45,657 bases of DNA from an uncultured Actinomycetes bacterium (GTDB lineage Bacteria > Actinomycetota > Thermoleophilia > Gaiellales > F1-60-MAGs149): the NCBI GenBank assembly GCA_903847495.1, contig CAINDT010000349.1, positions 1 to 45,657 of the forward strand, written 5' to 3'. Each line of letters opens with the position of its first letter. The stretch's first letter is position 1. A program made the translations under genes and the position numbers. Below the pieces are notes generated by a model that searched no databases, was not told where the DNA came from, and saw only the letters and a list, made by a program, of their open reading frames with translations. Below are positions 1 to 6,691 of the stretch, piece after piece.

Positions 1-141
1 CGCTCTCTCGACTCTCTGCGGGGTTCTCGTTGGCCGAGGTAATGCTACGTCGGCACCTCTGCGGAATTCCATCGAACAAGTGCCGACGGAGCAAAGAAAC
101 AACCCGCGCGGGGCTCGCGCGGGTTGGGTTTCTCTTCCTCC
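1..141. repeat. Terminal direct repeat, left copy (141 bp)
   Basis: Read directly: 1-141 equals 45517-45657 base for base. Confidence 0.97.
101..135. terminator. Bidirectional rho-independent terminator hairpin
   Basis: Stem AACCCGCGCG (101-110), loop GGGCT, stem CGCGCGGGTT (116-125). Followed by GGGTTTCTCTT on the plus strand and GTTTCTTTGC on the complement. Lies 37 nt downstream of the minus-strand gene ending at 162. A second copy sits at 45617-45641 inside the right repeat. Confidence 0.7.
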
Positions 142-142
142 A

Positions 143-161
143 TCGAACAACCGTCGAACGG
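143..161. repeat. 19-bp direct repeat TCGAACAACCGTCGAACGG, copy 1
   Basis: Exact second copy at 45036-45054. A related copy, TCGAACAAGTGCCGACGG, is at 72-89. Confidence 0.9.
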
Positions 162-1151
162 CTAGCGTCGGATACGTGGATCACTCGGCATGACCGCGAA
201 GCCGTGCCGATTCGCCTGGGCGAGTCTGCTAGCGTCGCGAGTCGCTAGCGGTCCCTTTCCGCGAAGGGCGACGACGCAACCGGGCGGGTCGGTCGTACGG
301 TCGTCGGTCGCGTCGCCATCGATGCACGTCCATGCGGTGCCGTCGATCACGAACGCGCGCGGCATCGGGTCCGCATAGGCGCCGATGCCGAGTCCTGCAA
401 ACACGACGGCAACCGTTCCGCCCGCGCGAAGGTAGTCGACCGCGAGGCGCGGCGATGCATCCTCCGACCACGAGTAGACGATACGCGTAGCGTTCGCCCA
501 TCCTCCCGTGCGCATCGCGAGACGAACCGCGTGAGGGCGCTTCGTGTACGCGTAGCCTTCGACCTTGAACCGCGCGAAAGCGGCGCCGATCTCGGGCATC
601 TGCTCCCAAGGTAGGTCGGTGCCGACGTTCAGCCGCGCGACTGCGCGCACGTCGTAGCGGTCGGCCATGCGCGCGGCGCGCGCGATGCATCGGGCGAGCT
701 CGGCGCCCGCTGCTACGGGGTGTTCCCGTAGTGCGATGACTCGGCGCGCGCGCGCGGCCATGATCGTACCGACTCCTCCCGCGCGGCGCTCAATCGCTGC
801 GTACCCACACGCATCCGAGAGAACGCATAGCGCGCGGCATCCCGCAGTAGATGCGGGGCAAGTGTCGTAGCGTCCCGACGACGCATCGGGCGCGCCAGTG
901 AACGCGAGGGTGGCAACGGCGTTCTTCGCGAGTTTCCCGTTGCTGCTCTGGTGCGGCGCTGCGACTTCAAAGAGGTCCGACGGGCCGAGAGTGCTGCGCA
1001 TCGCGGCGAGCGCACGCACGAGATAGGCGGGTCGCGTCCCTGCCGCACTGAATGCGGCGCGCATCCCGCGCGCGAAGTCGCGGCGCCATTCGGGCGAGTC
1101 GAATGCGGGAAGCGCGTGGCCGGCGGTGGGTTGAATCGTTGCGAGTTTCAT
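162..1151 (-). CDS. Hypothetical protein, 329 aa, last gene of the leftward operon
   Basis: ATG at 1151 forms an ATGA overlap with the upstream stop. The upstream part of the 422-aa track ORF is Arg/Pro-rich shadow. Contains a Cys cluster CPASTAGCRALCVLSDACGYA. No family recognised with certainty. Confidence 0.7.
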   Translation of the reverse strand: MKLATIQPTAGHALPAFDSPEWRRDFARGMRAAFSAAGTRPAYLVRALAAMRSTLGPSDLFEVAAPHQSSNGKLAKNAVATLAFTGAPDASSGRYDTCPASTAGCRALCVLSDACGYAAIERRAGGVGTIMAARARRVIALREHPVAAGAELARCIARAARMADRYDVRAVARLNVGTDLPWEQMPEIGAAFARFKVEGYAYTKRPHAVRLAMRTGGWANATRIVYSWSEDASPRLAVDYLRAGGTVAVVFAGLGIGAYADPMPRAFVIDGTAWTCIDGDATDDRTTDPPGCVVALRGKGPLATRDASRLAQANRHGFAVMPSDPRIRR

Positions 1152-1411
1152 GGTTCGTTGTCGATCCCTTCTCCGTTGCCGCCACGGTCGGGGCCGCAGA
1201 CGCAAGCGCCGAGCGTGTCGACGTTGTCCCAATTGTGGTCGGCTCGGTAGAAGCCGACATACGAGACTTCGCGAGACAAGCCGAGTTCCTCGAGGACCTC
1301 GGTTAAGCGCGCATCGAATCGCACCAATGCGGCGTGGTGTTCGGCATCTCCAAGCGGCGGGAACGAAATGCGGAGGTGTTGGACGTTGTGGGTGTGGTCG
1401 GGGTGGTTCAC
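1148..1411 (-). CDS. Hypothetical protein, 87 aa
   Basis: GTG at 1411 forms a GTGA overlap with the upstream stop and is preceded by AGGAGCCGAACCA. Product starts VNHPDHTHNVQHLRISFPPLG. It is the C-terminal part of track ORF 1148..1864. Confidence 0.6.
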   Translation of the reverse strand: MNHPDHTHNVQHLRISFPPLGDAEHHAALVRFDARLTEVLEELGLSREVSYVGFYRADHNWDNVDTLGACVCGPDRGGNGEGIDNEP

Positions 1412-1427
1412 TGGTTCGGCTCCTGCG
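1406..1427. repeat. 22-bp junction cassette GTTCACTGGTTCGGCTCCTGCG, copy 1
   Basis: Exact copy at 1813-1834. On the coding strand it reads CGCAGGAGCCGAACCAGTGAAC, which is an RBS, a stop and a GTG start together. Confidence 0.95.
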
Positions 1428-1818
1428 CAAGCGCGATTAGGTTCGCGAGTCGGGCGAGTGCGTCGGCTTCGGCGCGTCGACGGGTTCCGCCGTCGTCCGA
1501 GTCCCGCGCGAAGTGGTGGGCGTCGTCCATCGCGGTTTCCAGTGCCTCCGAGAATGCCTGCAGGGTGTCGGCGCGGTAGGTGTTCGCCATTGCGACCGCG
1601 AGTCCCTCTACGGGATCGGCCTTCGGGAGATTCCGGTTTTCCCGTTCCGTCCGCGCGGCGGCGTTCATCGCGTCGACGGTCTCGGCGAGTCGCTGCAGTT
1701 CTGCGGTAGCGGCGGCGCGTCCCTGCGGCGTGCCGTTCTGGATCACTGCGAGAATTGCGGGGAGAATCCTGACCCATGTCGGGGTGATATCGATAGTCTC
1801 GGTGGTGTCGTTGTTCAC
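1408..1818 (-). CDS. Hypothetical protein, 136 aa
   Basis: Track ORF. GTG start at 1818 in a GTGA overlap, with AGGAG 8 nt upstream. Ends in ...LAQEPNQ. Confidence 0.7.
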   Translation of the reverse strand: MNNDTTETIDITPTWVRILPAILAVIQNGTPQGRAAATAELQRLAETVDAMNAAARTERENRNLPKADPVEGLAVAMANTYRADTLQAFSEALETAMDDAHHFARDSDDGGTRRRAEADALARLANLIALAQEPNQ

Positions 1819-1834
1819 TGGTTCGGCTCCTGCG
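1813..1834. repeat. 22-bp junction cassette, copy 2
   Basis: Identical to 1406-1427. Partial copies at 2006-2019 and 2180-2191. Variants GTGTCGGCTCCTG at 1985-1997 and 2574-2586. Confidence 0.95.
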
Positions 1835-1982
1835 TGGTTGCGGTGGCGGTGGCGGCGCGGTCAAACGATCCCGCGACGTATCCCGCGATTCCCGCGATGG
1901 CGAATACTGCGGCCATGATGCCGATCGCGATCGCGGTCGCGCGGTCGGTCTGCTGACGGGTGAAGGTGCGATGGTTCGTCAT
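1815..1982 (-). CDS. Small membrane protein, 55 aa
   Basis: ATG at 1982 preceded by AGGAGCCGACACA. One hydrophobic helix, AIAIGIMAAVFAIAGIAGYVAG. Ends in ...TTQEPNQ. Confidence 0.6.
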   Translation of the reverse strand: MTNHRTFTRQQTDRATAIAIGIMAAVFAIAGIAGYVAGSFDRAATATATTQEPNQ

Positions 1983-2007
1983 TGTGTCGGCTCCTGTGGT
2001 TCGTGGT

Positions 2008-2178
2008 TCACTGGTTCGGGGTGAGGCGGCAAGCGCCGCGCGTCGATTCGATCGCGAGCGCCGCGTAGCGGTTCGCGTGTGCAAGTTGCGCATTCGCGTG
2101 GTCGGTCATGCCGAGCACCGCGAGGGCGAGCGCATCGCGGTAGGCTCCGCAGGCGAGTTCAACGTAGTTCGGTTCCAT
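2008..2178 (-). CDS. Hypothetical protein, 56 aa, first gene of the leftward operon
   Basis: Hand translation: MEPNYVELACGAYRDALALAVLGMTDHANAQLAHANRYAALAIESTRGACRLTPNQ. ATG at 2178 preceded by AGGAGCCGAACCC. Too short to appear in the ORF track. Confidence 0.55.
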   Translation of the reverse strand: MEPNYVELACGAYRDALALAVLGMTDHANAQLAHANRYAALAIESTRGACRLTPNQ

Positions 2179-2394
2179 GGGTTCGGCTCCTATCGGGTTC
2201 TGGTCGCTGCCGCGCGCGCTGCGCGGTCGGTACGATTGTACTCTATGTTCGGCGCGCGGGATGCGTTTGCTGCACTATTTCCCGCGATTCCATGCAATTC
2301 CCGCGATGCGCGGTGGGGTGCATTCCGACTACCGTCGGGCGCGACTCGGCGCGACTCGGTCGGTCGGTCGGTTGGTTATCGGACCCGAACATCC

Positions 2395-2422
2395 GTTAGG
2401 GTCGGTGTCTGTTAGGGTCGGT
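2395..2422. repeat. Direct repeat GTTAGGGTCGGT x2 (16-bp period) in the divergent control region
   Basis: Copies at 2395-2406 and 2411-2422. Flanked by GCGACTCGG x2 (about 2340-2358) and a (TCGG)n run. Confidence 0.8.
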
Positions 2423-2544
2423 CGGGGCGCGGCTGCGCGCGGCGGGCGGCGCCGAGTCGGCGCGGGGCGCGGCGGACGCATCGCGCAGCGCGCGCGTGCA
2501 GAAGCTCGCGCCGCGGAGAGCGCCAGTGCGACCGGGCGGGGCGG

Positions 2545-2556
2545 CTGCAATTGCAG
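2545..2556. promoter_or_regulatory. Perfect 12-bp palindrome CTGCAATTGCAG
   Basis: Read directly. Lies in a stretch of the divergent region with no credible ORF. Confidence 0.4.
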
Positions 2557-2644
2557 TCGGCGCGCGTGAGGTTGTGTCGGCTCCTGCATCTGGCGCACGA
2601 CATTTCTTCACGCGCGCAAGTGTCTGCGCAGCGCGCATATGCGC

Positions 2645-2661
2645 GAATACGGACCGTATTC
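2645..2661. promoter_or_regulatory. Candidate operator: 17-bp palindrome GAATACGG-A-CCGTATTC
   Basis: Perfect 8+1+8 inverted repeat about 26 bp upstream of the -35 element. The 12-mer AATACGGACCGT recurs at 3649-3660. Confidence 0.5.
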
Positions 2662-2662
2662 G

Positions 2663-2684
2663 CTACACATTTCCTCAAGTGTAG
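2663..2684. promoter_or_regulatory. Inverted repeat CTACAC-N10-GTGTAG abutting the -35 element
   Basis: Read directly. Ends 2 nt before TTGACG. Confidence 0.35.
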
Positions 2685-2686
2685 TG

Positions 2687-2715
2687 TTGACGCACGCCGA
2701 TGCATGGTGTACGAT
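2687..2715 (+). promoter_or_regulatory. Sigma70-like promoter of the rightward operon
   Basis: TTGACG (2687-2692), 17-nt spacer, TACGAT (2710-2715). Lies about 40 nt upstream of the ATG at 2756. Confidence 0.55.
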
Positions 2716-2755
2716 CCCACAACCGCGGCGCGTTGCCGCGCATAGGAGCCACACA

Positions 2756-3589
2756 ATGCACAACGACACTTGCGAGACCGTCATCGGGAAGAACTGGCAC
2801 GACATTGGCAGCATCGACTGGGAGGGGAACTACCCGGTCCTCGACGCGAAGCTTCGCGTCGTCCGAGTCGAGTTCATCGACAACATCGAAGCGGACGAGG
2901 ACTACATGCCCGTCGAGATCCACAATGGGCATGCGCTGCGAACATCGCGCTGCGAGACCGAGTCGTCCGTCATCGATGCGTACATGACTCCGTTCGACTT
3001 CGGACAAAGTCACGGTTCTCTCGTCGCGATGTTCGATCTCTGCGAGAACCCCGGCACCGAGGAGAAGATCGACCAGAACTTCCCGCTCTACGCGGAGTCC
3101 GGTTGCATCGTCTCGCATTTCGCGATCATCGACCGTGACTTCTACTTCGCCAATCGCGCCGCCATCGACCGAGAGTTGATGGAATCGGCGACCGATCAGG
3201 CGGACCGCGAGTACTTCGCCGCCGCCGACGACTGCGAGACCATCGGCATCGCCCTTGTCGAGGGCAAGGGACTGGTCGCCACTTTCGAATGGAACGGCGA
3301 GAAGGTGCAGTCGTTGGTCGGCATGATCGACCGGGAGCCCGGGGAGGGCGACGACTTCGACCCGCTCACGGACCGCCCCTTCGTGCGCCCCGAGCCGAGC
3401 CGGGATGTTTGCATCCTCATGGACCGTGATCTGGTCGCCGACTTGAAGCGCGCCGCCAAGTGGGCGCAGGAGGAGTGCGACCGACTCGCGGAGGAGTCGC
3501 GATGCCGCCCGGATGACGCCCGCGCATTCGAGGCGCACGCGAGCGCCTTCGACCGTCTGGTTTCGATCCTCTGCAACGCGACCAAGTGA
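2756..3589 (+). CDS. Very acidic hypothetical protein, 277 aa, first gene of the rightward operon
   Basis: ATG at 2756 preceded by GGAG (2745-2748). The track ORF start at 2639 lies over the promoter. Rich in D/E (EADEDYMPVE, REPGEGDDFDPLTD). No family recognised. Confidence 0.75.
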   Translation: MHNDTCETVIGKNWHDIGSIDWEGNYPVLDAKLRVVRVEFIDNIEADEDYMPVEIHNGHALRTSRCETESSVIDAYMTPFDFGQSHGSLVAMFDLCENPGTEEKIDQNFPLYAESGCIVSHFAIIDRDFYFANRAAIDRELMESATDQADREYFAAADDCETIGIALVEGKGLVATFEWNGEKVQSLVGMIDREPGEGDDFDPLTDRPFVRPEPSRDVCILMDRDLVADLKRAAKWAQEECDRLAEESRCRPDDARAFEAHASAFDRLVSILCNATK

Positions 3590-3648
3590 CCGCCGATCCT
3601 CCGCTACGCGCCCGATGCGACCGGGCGCGGTGCGGGCGACCGTCGCCC

Positions 3649-3660
3649 AATACGGACCGT
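3649..3660. promoter_or_regulatory. Second copy of the operator core AATACGGACCGT
   Basis: Exact 12-mer shared with 2646-2657. Lies 16 nt upstream of the ATG at 3676. Confidence 0.35.
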
Positions 3661-3675
3661 TTACAGGAGCCAAGC

Positions 3676-3870
3676 ATGACGATCAAGTTCGACATTCCCG
3701 CAGACCGCATTCCCGCGCTGCTGTCCGCACTGGGCAGCGCCGCCGACAATGCGACCGCCAACCGGCACGACGCCGAGCGCAACGACGACGACGAGCTCGT
3801 CGCCGCGTGGACCAGTGACGAGAACATCCTCGAATGGATGCACGCCGAAGTGGAGAGGCAGACCAAGTGA
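3676..3870 (+). CDS. Hypothetical protein, 64 aa
   Basis: AGGAG (3665-3669) then ATG at 3676. Product MTIKFDIPADRIPALLSALGSAADNATANRHD... Confidence 0.65.
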   Translation: MTIKFDIPADRIPALLSALGSAADNATANRHDAERNDDDELVAAWTSDENILEWMHAEVERQTK

Positions 3871-3976
3871 CCCGGATCATCATCATCATCGCCATCGTCG
3901 GGGCGGGGCTATTGCTCCCGCCCCGCATTCGCATCACGACAAGCATTCCCAAGACCGCGATTTGCAGGAGCACCCA

Positions 3977-4243
3977 ATGACGACCAAGACGAGAAAGCGC
4001 CAGACCTCTCCATCCAAGCGGGCCAATCTCGCGCGCTATCAGGACCGCGCGCACGCCATCGTGGAAGGCCGTCTGGCCGAGATGGGGCGAACATGGAACT
4101 GGCTTTCGGTGACCGCCGCCGCCGAGGGGCTGTGCTCCAGGGCCGTCGTCATGCAGTGGAAGCGAGGGCGCAACCGCGGCGTGAATGTCGGGGTCTACCT
4201 CGGCTGCATCGATATCCTCGACTTCCACGGAGGTGCCAAGTGA
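3977..4243 (+). CDS. Putative DNA-binding protein, 88 aa
   Basis: AGGAG (3966-3970) then ATG at 3977. Basic N terminus and an HTH-like segment, LSVTAAAEGLCSRAVVMQWKRG. Confidence 0.6.
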   Translation: MTTKTRKRQTSPSKRANLARYQDRAHAIVEGRLAEMGRTWNWLSVTAAAEGLCSRAVVMQWKRGRNRGVNVGVYLGCIDILDFHGGAK

Positions 4244-4551
4244 GGCCATTCACCGGGATGAAGCTGCACACGGTGTTCGCGACAATCGACCCGTCCTGTC
4301 GGTTCACCATGCCAGATGGCAAGGTTCGCACCGCCAAGTGCCTGACGCACGGAGACCCGGTACCGGGCGACTGCGGCGGCGCGATCTACACCGCGTACGA
4401 GGACGAGGACGGGTTCGTCTACATCGGCATCGCGCCGGGTGACCAGAACGAGAACATCTCGGCGTGGATCAACGACCAGCTCGACCATCCGCTCTTCAAG
4501 TCCATCGATAAGGTGGACATCCTCGGCAATGTGATCGGAGACCTCTCGTGA
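4240..4551 (+). CDS. Hypothetical protein, 103 aa
   Basis: GTG at 4240 in a GTGA overlap with the upstream stop (alternative ATG at 4258). The N-terminal part of the 152-aa track ORF is Arg-rich shadow. Confidence 0.55.
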   Translation: MRPFTGMKLHTVFATIDPSCRFTMPDGKVRTAKCLTHGDPVPGDCGGAIYTAYEDEDGFVYIGIAPGDQNENISAWINDQLDHPLFKSIDKVDILGNVIGDLS

Positions 4552-5276
4552 GGGCTGCGGTCTATATCCGGGTATCGACCGAGGATCAGGCGGCGAGCGG
4601 GCTCGGCCTGGAGGCGCAGCGCGCGGCGTGCCTGGAGCGCGCACAAGCCATCGGCGCGACCGAGGTCTCCGTATTCGCCGACGAGGGAGTCTCGGGCGCT
4701 ACGCCAGTCGAGGACCGCGTGGGGCTCGTCGCCGCCCTCGACTATGTCCGCCGGGGCGATGTGCTCATCGTCGCCAAGACGGACCGCATCGGGCGCGAGG
4801 GCAGCGTGTTCATCGATGTGGACGCCGCCCTGCGCATCCGGAAGGCGTCGATGGTCTCGGTGGCAGGCGAGGGGACCGACGCCGCCGGAGCGGCTGCGTT
4901 CCTCATGCGCGGCATGATGCGACTCCTCGCGGAGTACGAGCGCGAGCTCATCCGGGAGCGCACGGCGAACGCGCTTAAGGCCAAGCGGAGCCGCGGGGAG
5001 AAGACTGGGGGCGCCGTGCCATTCGGATGGCGCATCGCCTTCACGGAGATCGTGGACGGCAGGGAGCGCAAGCGCCTCGTCGAGGACGCCGGGGAGCAGG
5101 GCGCCATCCGGCGGATCCACGAGATGCACGCCGAGGGACTGGGCGTGCGGCGCATCTCCGACGCCCTGCGGGCCGAGGGGATCCGGGGGCGCGGCTGTTC
5201 GCAGCTGTCCCCCGCGACGATCCACCGGATCCTACAGCGTGATCTTGCGCCCGCAGTCGGGGCAGCGGATGTATGA
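4548..5276 (+). CDS. Serine recombinase (resolvase/invertase catalytic domain plus short recombinase-type domain), 242 aa
   Basis: N-terminal AVYIRVSTEDQ with the catalytic Ser, then GLEAQ, DEGVSG, LIVAKTDRIGR and ERELIRERT. GTG start in a GTGA overlap. Confidence 0.85.
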   Translation: MRAAVYIRVSTEDQAASGLGLEAQRAACLERAQAIGATEVSVFADEGVSGATPVEDRVGLVAALDYVRRGDVLIVAKTDRIGREGSVFIDVDAALRIRKASMVSVAGEGTDAAGAAAFLMRGMMRLLAEYERELIRERTANALKAKRSRGEKTGGAVPFGWRIAFTEIVDGRERKRLVEDAGEQGAIRRIHEMHAEGLGVRRISDALRAEGIRGRGCSQLSPATIHRILQRDLAPAVGAADV

Positions 5277-5510
5277 GCGAGCACTGGTCGGGCGGCGTTC
5301 GAGCGCCGCCCGACCGCTCTCCGTGATCACATACCGCCCGTGCGCGACCTTCTCGACATACCCAAGGTCGAGGAGGCGCGTTGCATGGCTGTGGATCGTC
5401 GATCGATTGCGCCCGAGCTCCGACGCCACATCCGAGAGCGTCACGTCGAGCCCGTTGGTGCGGGCGAACCGATGCAGGATCTGCCGAAGTTGTTCCGTGA
5501 ACCTAGCCAT
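5232..5510 (-). CDS. Winged-helix DNA-binding protein with C-terminal CPDC motif, 92 aa
   Basis: ATG at 5510 (MARFTEQLRQILHRF...). wHTH-like TLSDVASELGRNRSTIHSHATRLLDLGYVEK. The 3' end overlaps the recombinase 3' end convergently (5232-5276). Confidence 0.65.
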   Translation of the reverse strand: MARFTEQLRQILHRFARTNGLDVTLSDVASELGRNRSTIHSHATRLLDLGYVEKVAHGRYVITESGRAALERRPTSARSYIRCPDCGRKITL

Positions 5511-5952
5511 GCTTCTCCGTATCCGTATTCGCCTCAAGCGTGAATTCCGCACGGGCCGTTCCATCCGGCTCGGCGTAGAACTTCGCGCAGTTGATCATGT
5601 ACAGCGGCGCGTCGTCGTGGACGATGCCGGAGTCCACCAGTGCGTCCACCGCCGCCTTGACGAGGTTGTCGAGGTCCGGGCGGGCCGTGTGCGGGATCAT
5701 CTCCTTGGCGCCGCCCTTGCGCCCCATGAGGCGCTGCGGGCGCGGCAGGTAGAAGACCGCCGTCAGGGTCCATCCGTGCCGGATGGGCCAACGCTCGGGC
5801 TCCACCGCATCGCGCGCGGCGAGGGCCACCGCCGACTTGAATCCGTCAGCCGTCGATGGAGTCCAGACGCGCGCCCGTCCACCGAACGCCGTCGCCCTCA
5901 CCCGCGGCTGGCCCTTCGGAACCGCCTGTGCCGTGAATGTCCACGCGCTCAT
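5503..5952 (-). CDS. rusA: RusA-family Holliday junction resolvase, 149 aa
   Basis: Motifs AQAVPKGQPRVRA and RPDLDNLVKAAVDALVDSGIVHDD. AGGAG lies 9 nt upstream of the ATG at 5952. Confidence 0.85.
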   Translation of the reverse strand: MSAWTFTAQAVPKGQPRVRATAFGGRARVWTPSTADGFKSAVALAARDAVEPERWPIRHGWTLTAVFYLPRPQRLMGRKGGAKEMIPHTARPDLDNLVKAAVDALVDSGIVHDDAPLYMINCAKFYAEPDGTARAEFTLEANTDTEKHG

Positions 5953-6121
5953 GCTTGGTCAGCTCCTTGTTCCCCTTGCGTGCCTCCCGCTCGAGCATCC
6001 TCCGCAGCCTGCCGATCTCGTCCAGCAGGATCCGCACCGTGTGCGGGGAGAGAGCCCTGCCCGAGTCCACCGCCGACTGCGCCGCGAGTATCGCGCGCAC
6101 GATCCGCATCGTGTCCGACAT
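5846..6121 (-). CDS. Hypothetical coiled-coil protein, 91 aa (3' end overlaps rusA out of frame)
   Basis: GGAGG lies 6 nt upstream of the ATG at 6121. Hand count of third-codon positions over 6001-6060 gives 19/20 G or C in this frame against 10/20 in the competing frame. Confidence 0.55.
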   Translation of the reverse strand: MSDTMRIVRAILAAQSAVDSGRALSPHTVRILLDEIGRLRRMLEREARKGNKELTKHERVDIHGTGGSEGPAAGEGDGVRWTGARLDSIDG

Positions 6122-6479
6122 CGTTCGCCTCCGTATTCGTCCGAGCCCTCTGCACCGAGACGATCCTCTTGATGCGGTCCTGCACCTCGGGCGCCATCTG
6201 CCCGTGGATCTGCGTCGGCCTGCCGGCGTCCAACCGGTCGAGCCGGTCGATCTCGAGCGCCATCGTGCGGTTATCGGATGCGAGCATGCGCAGGATCTCC
6301 GCCGCCTTCATCGCGTCCCGCAGCCGGCCAGATTCCTGCGCCATGTGCATCATCCGCATCACGTCGTCGGCGAGCTTCTCGATCCCCTCCGGCATCTCGA
6401 AGGGACGGATGGCGCCCTGCATGAGCATGCGCTTGTAGATGCCGAGGTCTCCGGATGTCTCCACGGGGAACAGCTTCAC
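5949..6479 (-). CDS. Hypothetical protein, up to 176 aa (true C terminus uncertain)
   Basis: GTG at 6479 in a GTGA overlap. Plausible sequence VKLFPVETSGDLGIYKRMLMQGAIRPFEMPEGIEKLADDV... down to about 6121. Downstream of that the frame looks non-coding, yet its stop forms an ATGA overlap with rusA. Confidence 0.5.
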   Translation of the reverse strand: MKLFPVETSGDLGIYKRMLMQGAIRPFEMPEGIEKLADDVMRMMHMAQESGRLRDAMKAAEILRMLASDNRTMALEIDRLDRLDAGRPTQIHGQMAPEVQDRIKRIVSVQRARTNTEANDVGHDADRARDTRGAVGGGLGQGSLPAHGADPAGRDRQAAEDARAGGTQGEQGADQA

Positions 6480-6691
6480 AGCCTTGGGATCCACTGGTAC
6501 CGCCAGGGGTTTGGCCACTTCGCTTGGCGCTCCATCCGTATTGGATGGCCCATCCTGATGAGGGTGTTGATCGCCACGCGGCATCCCTTCCCGAACTTGT
6601 GCCGGGAGACCACGTCGTCGAGTTCTCCGACCGTCGCGAGGTGGTACAGGATCTCGAGATCCCTCGGCCCCTCGTGTCCCGTCAGCTTCAC
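6476..6691 (-). CDS. Small winged-helix-like protein, 71 aa
   Basis: GTG at 6691 in a GTGA overlap with the primase stop. Product VKLTGHEGPRDLEILYHLATVGELDDVVSRHKFGKGCRVAINTLIRMGHPI... Confidence 0.55.
   Translation of the reverse strand: MKLTGHEGPRDLEILYHLATVGELDDVVSRHKFGKGCRVAINTLIRMGHPIRMERQAKWPNPWRYQWIPRL

Noticed and set aside
162-1430. N-terminal extensions of many track ORFs. Examples: 162..1430, 2639..3589, 6688..7638, 26939..28264, 36442..37524, 41227..43542.
   Set aside because: The extensions are Arg-rich and overlap upstream genes or promoters. Internal ATG or GTG starts with an RBS or NTGA coupling give compact, sensible proteins.
1868-1898. TCCCGCGAT tandem repeats as regulatory sites.
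   Set aside because: They lie inside the 55-aa membrane-protein gene and simply encode the IAG-IAG-YVAG repeat of its TM helix. Similar motifs in the intergenic region (2277-2307) are retained only as a note.
1979-2011. A 10-codon mini-ORF (VNHEPQEPTQ) created by the truncated junction cassette.
   Set aside because: It is too short and is most simply a relic of the repeated cassette rather than a gene.
4548-5276. The serine recombinase acting as a Gin/Cin-type invertase that switches tail-fibre segments.
   Set aside because: It lies about 18 kb from the fibre genes. All fibre ORFs are on one strand, and I saw no inverted repeats flanking any fibre segment.
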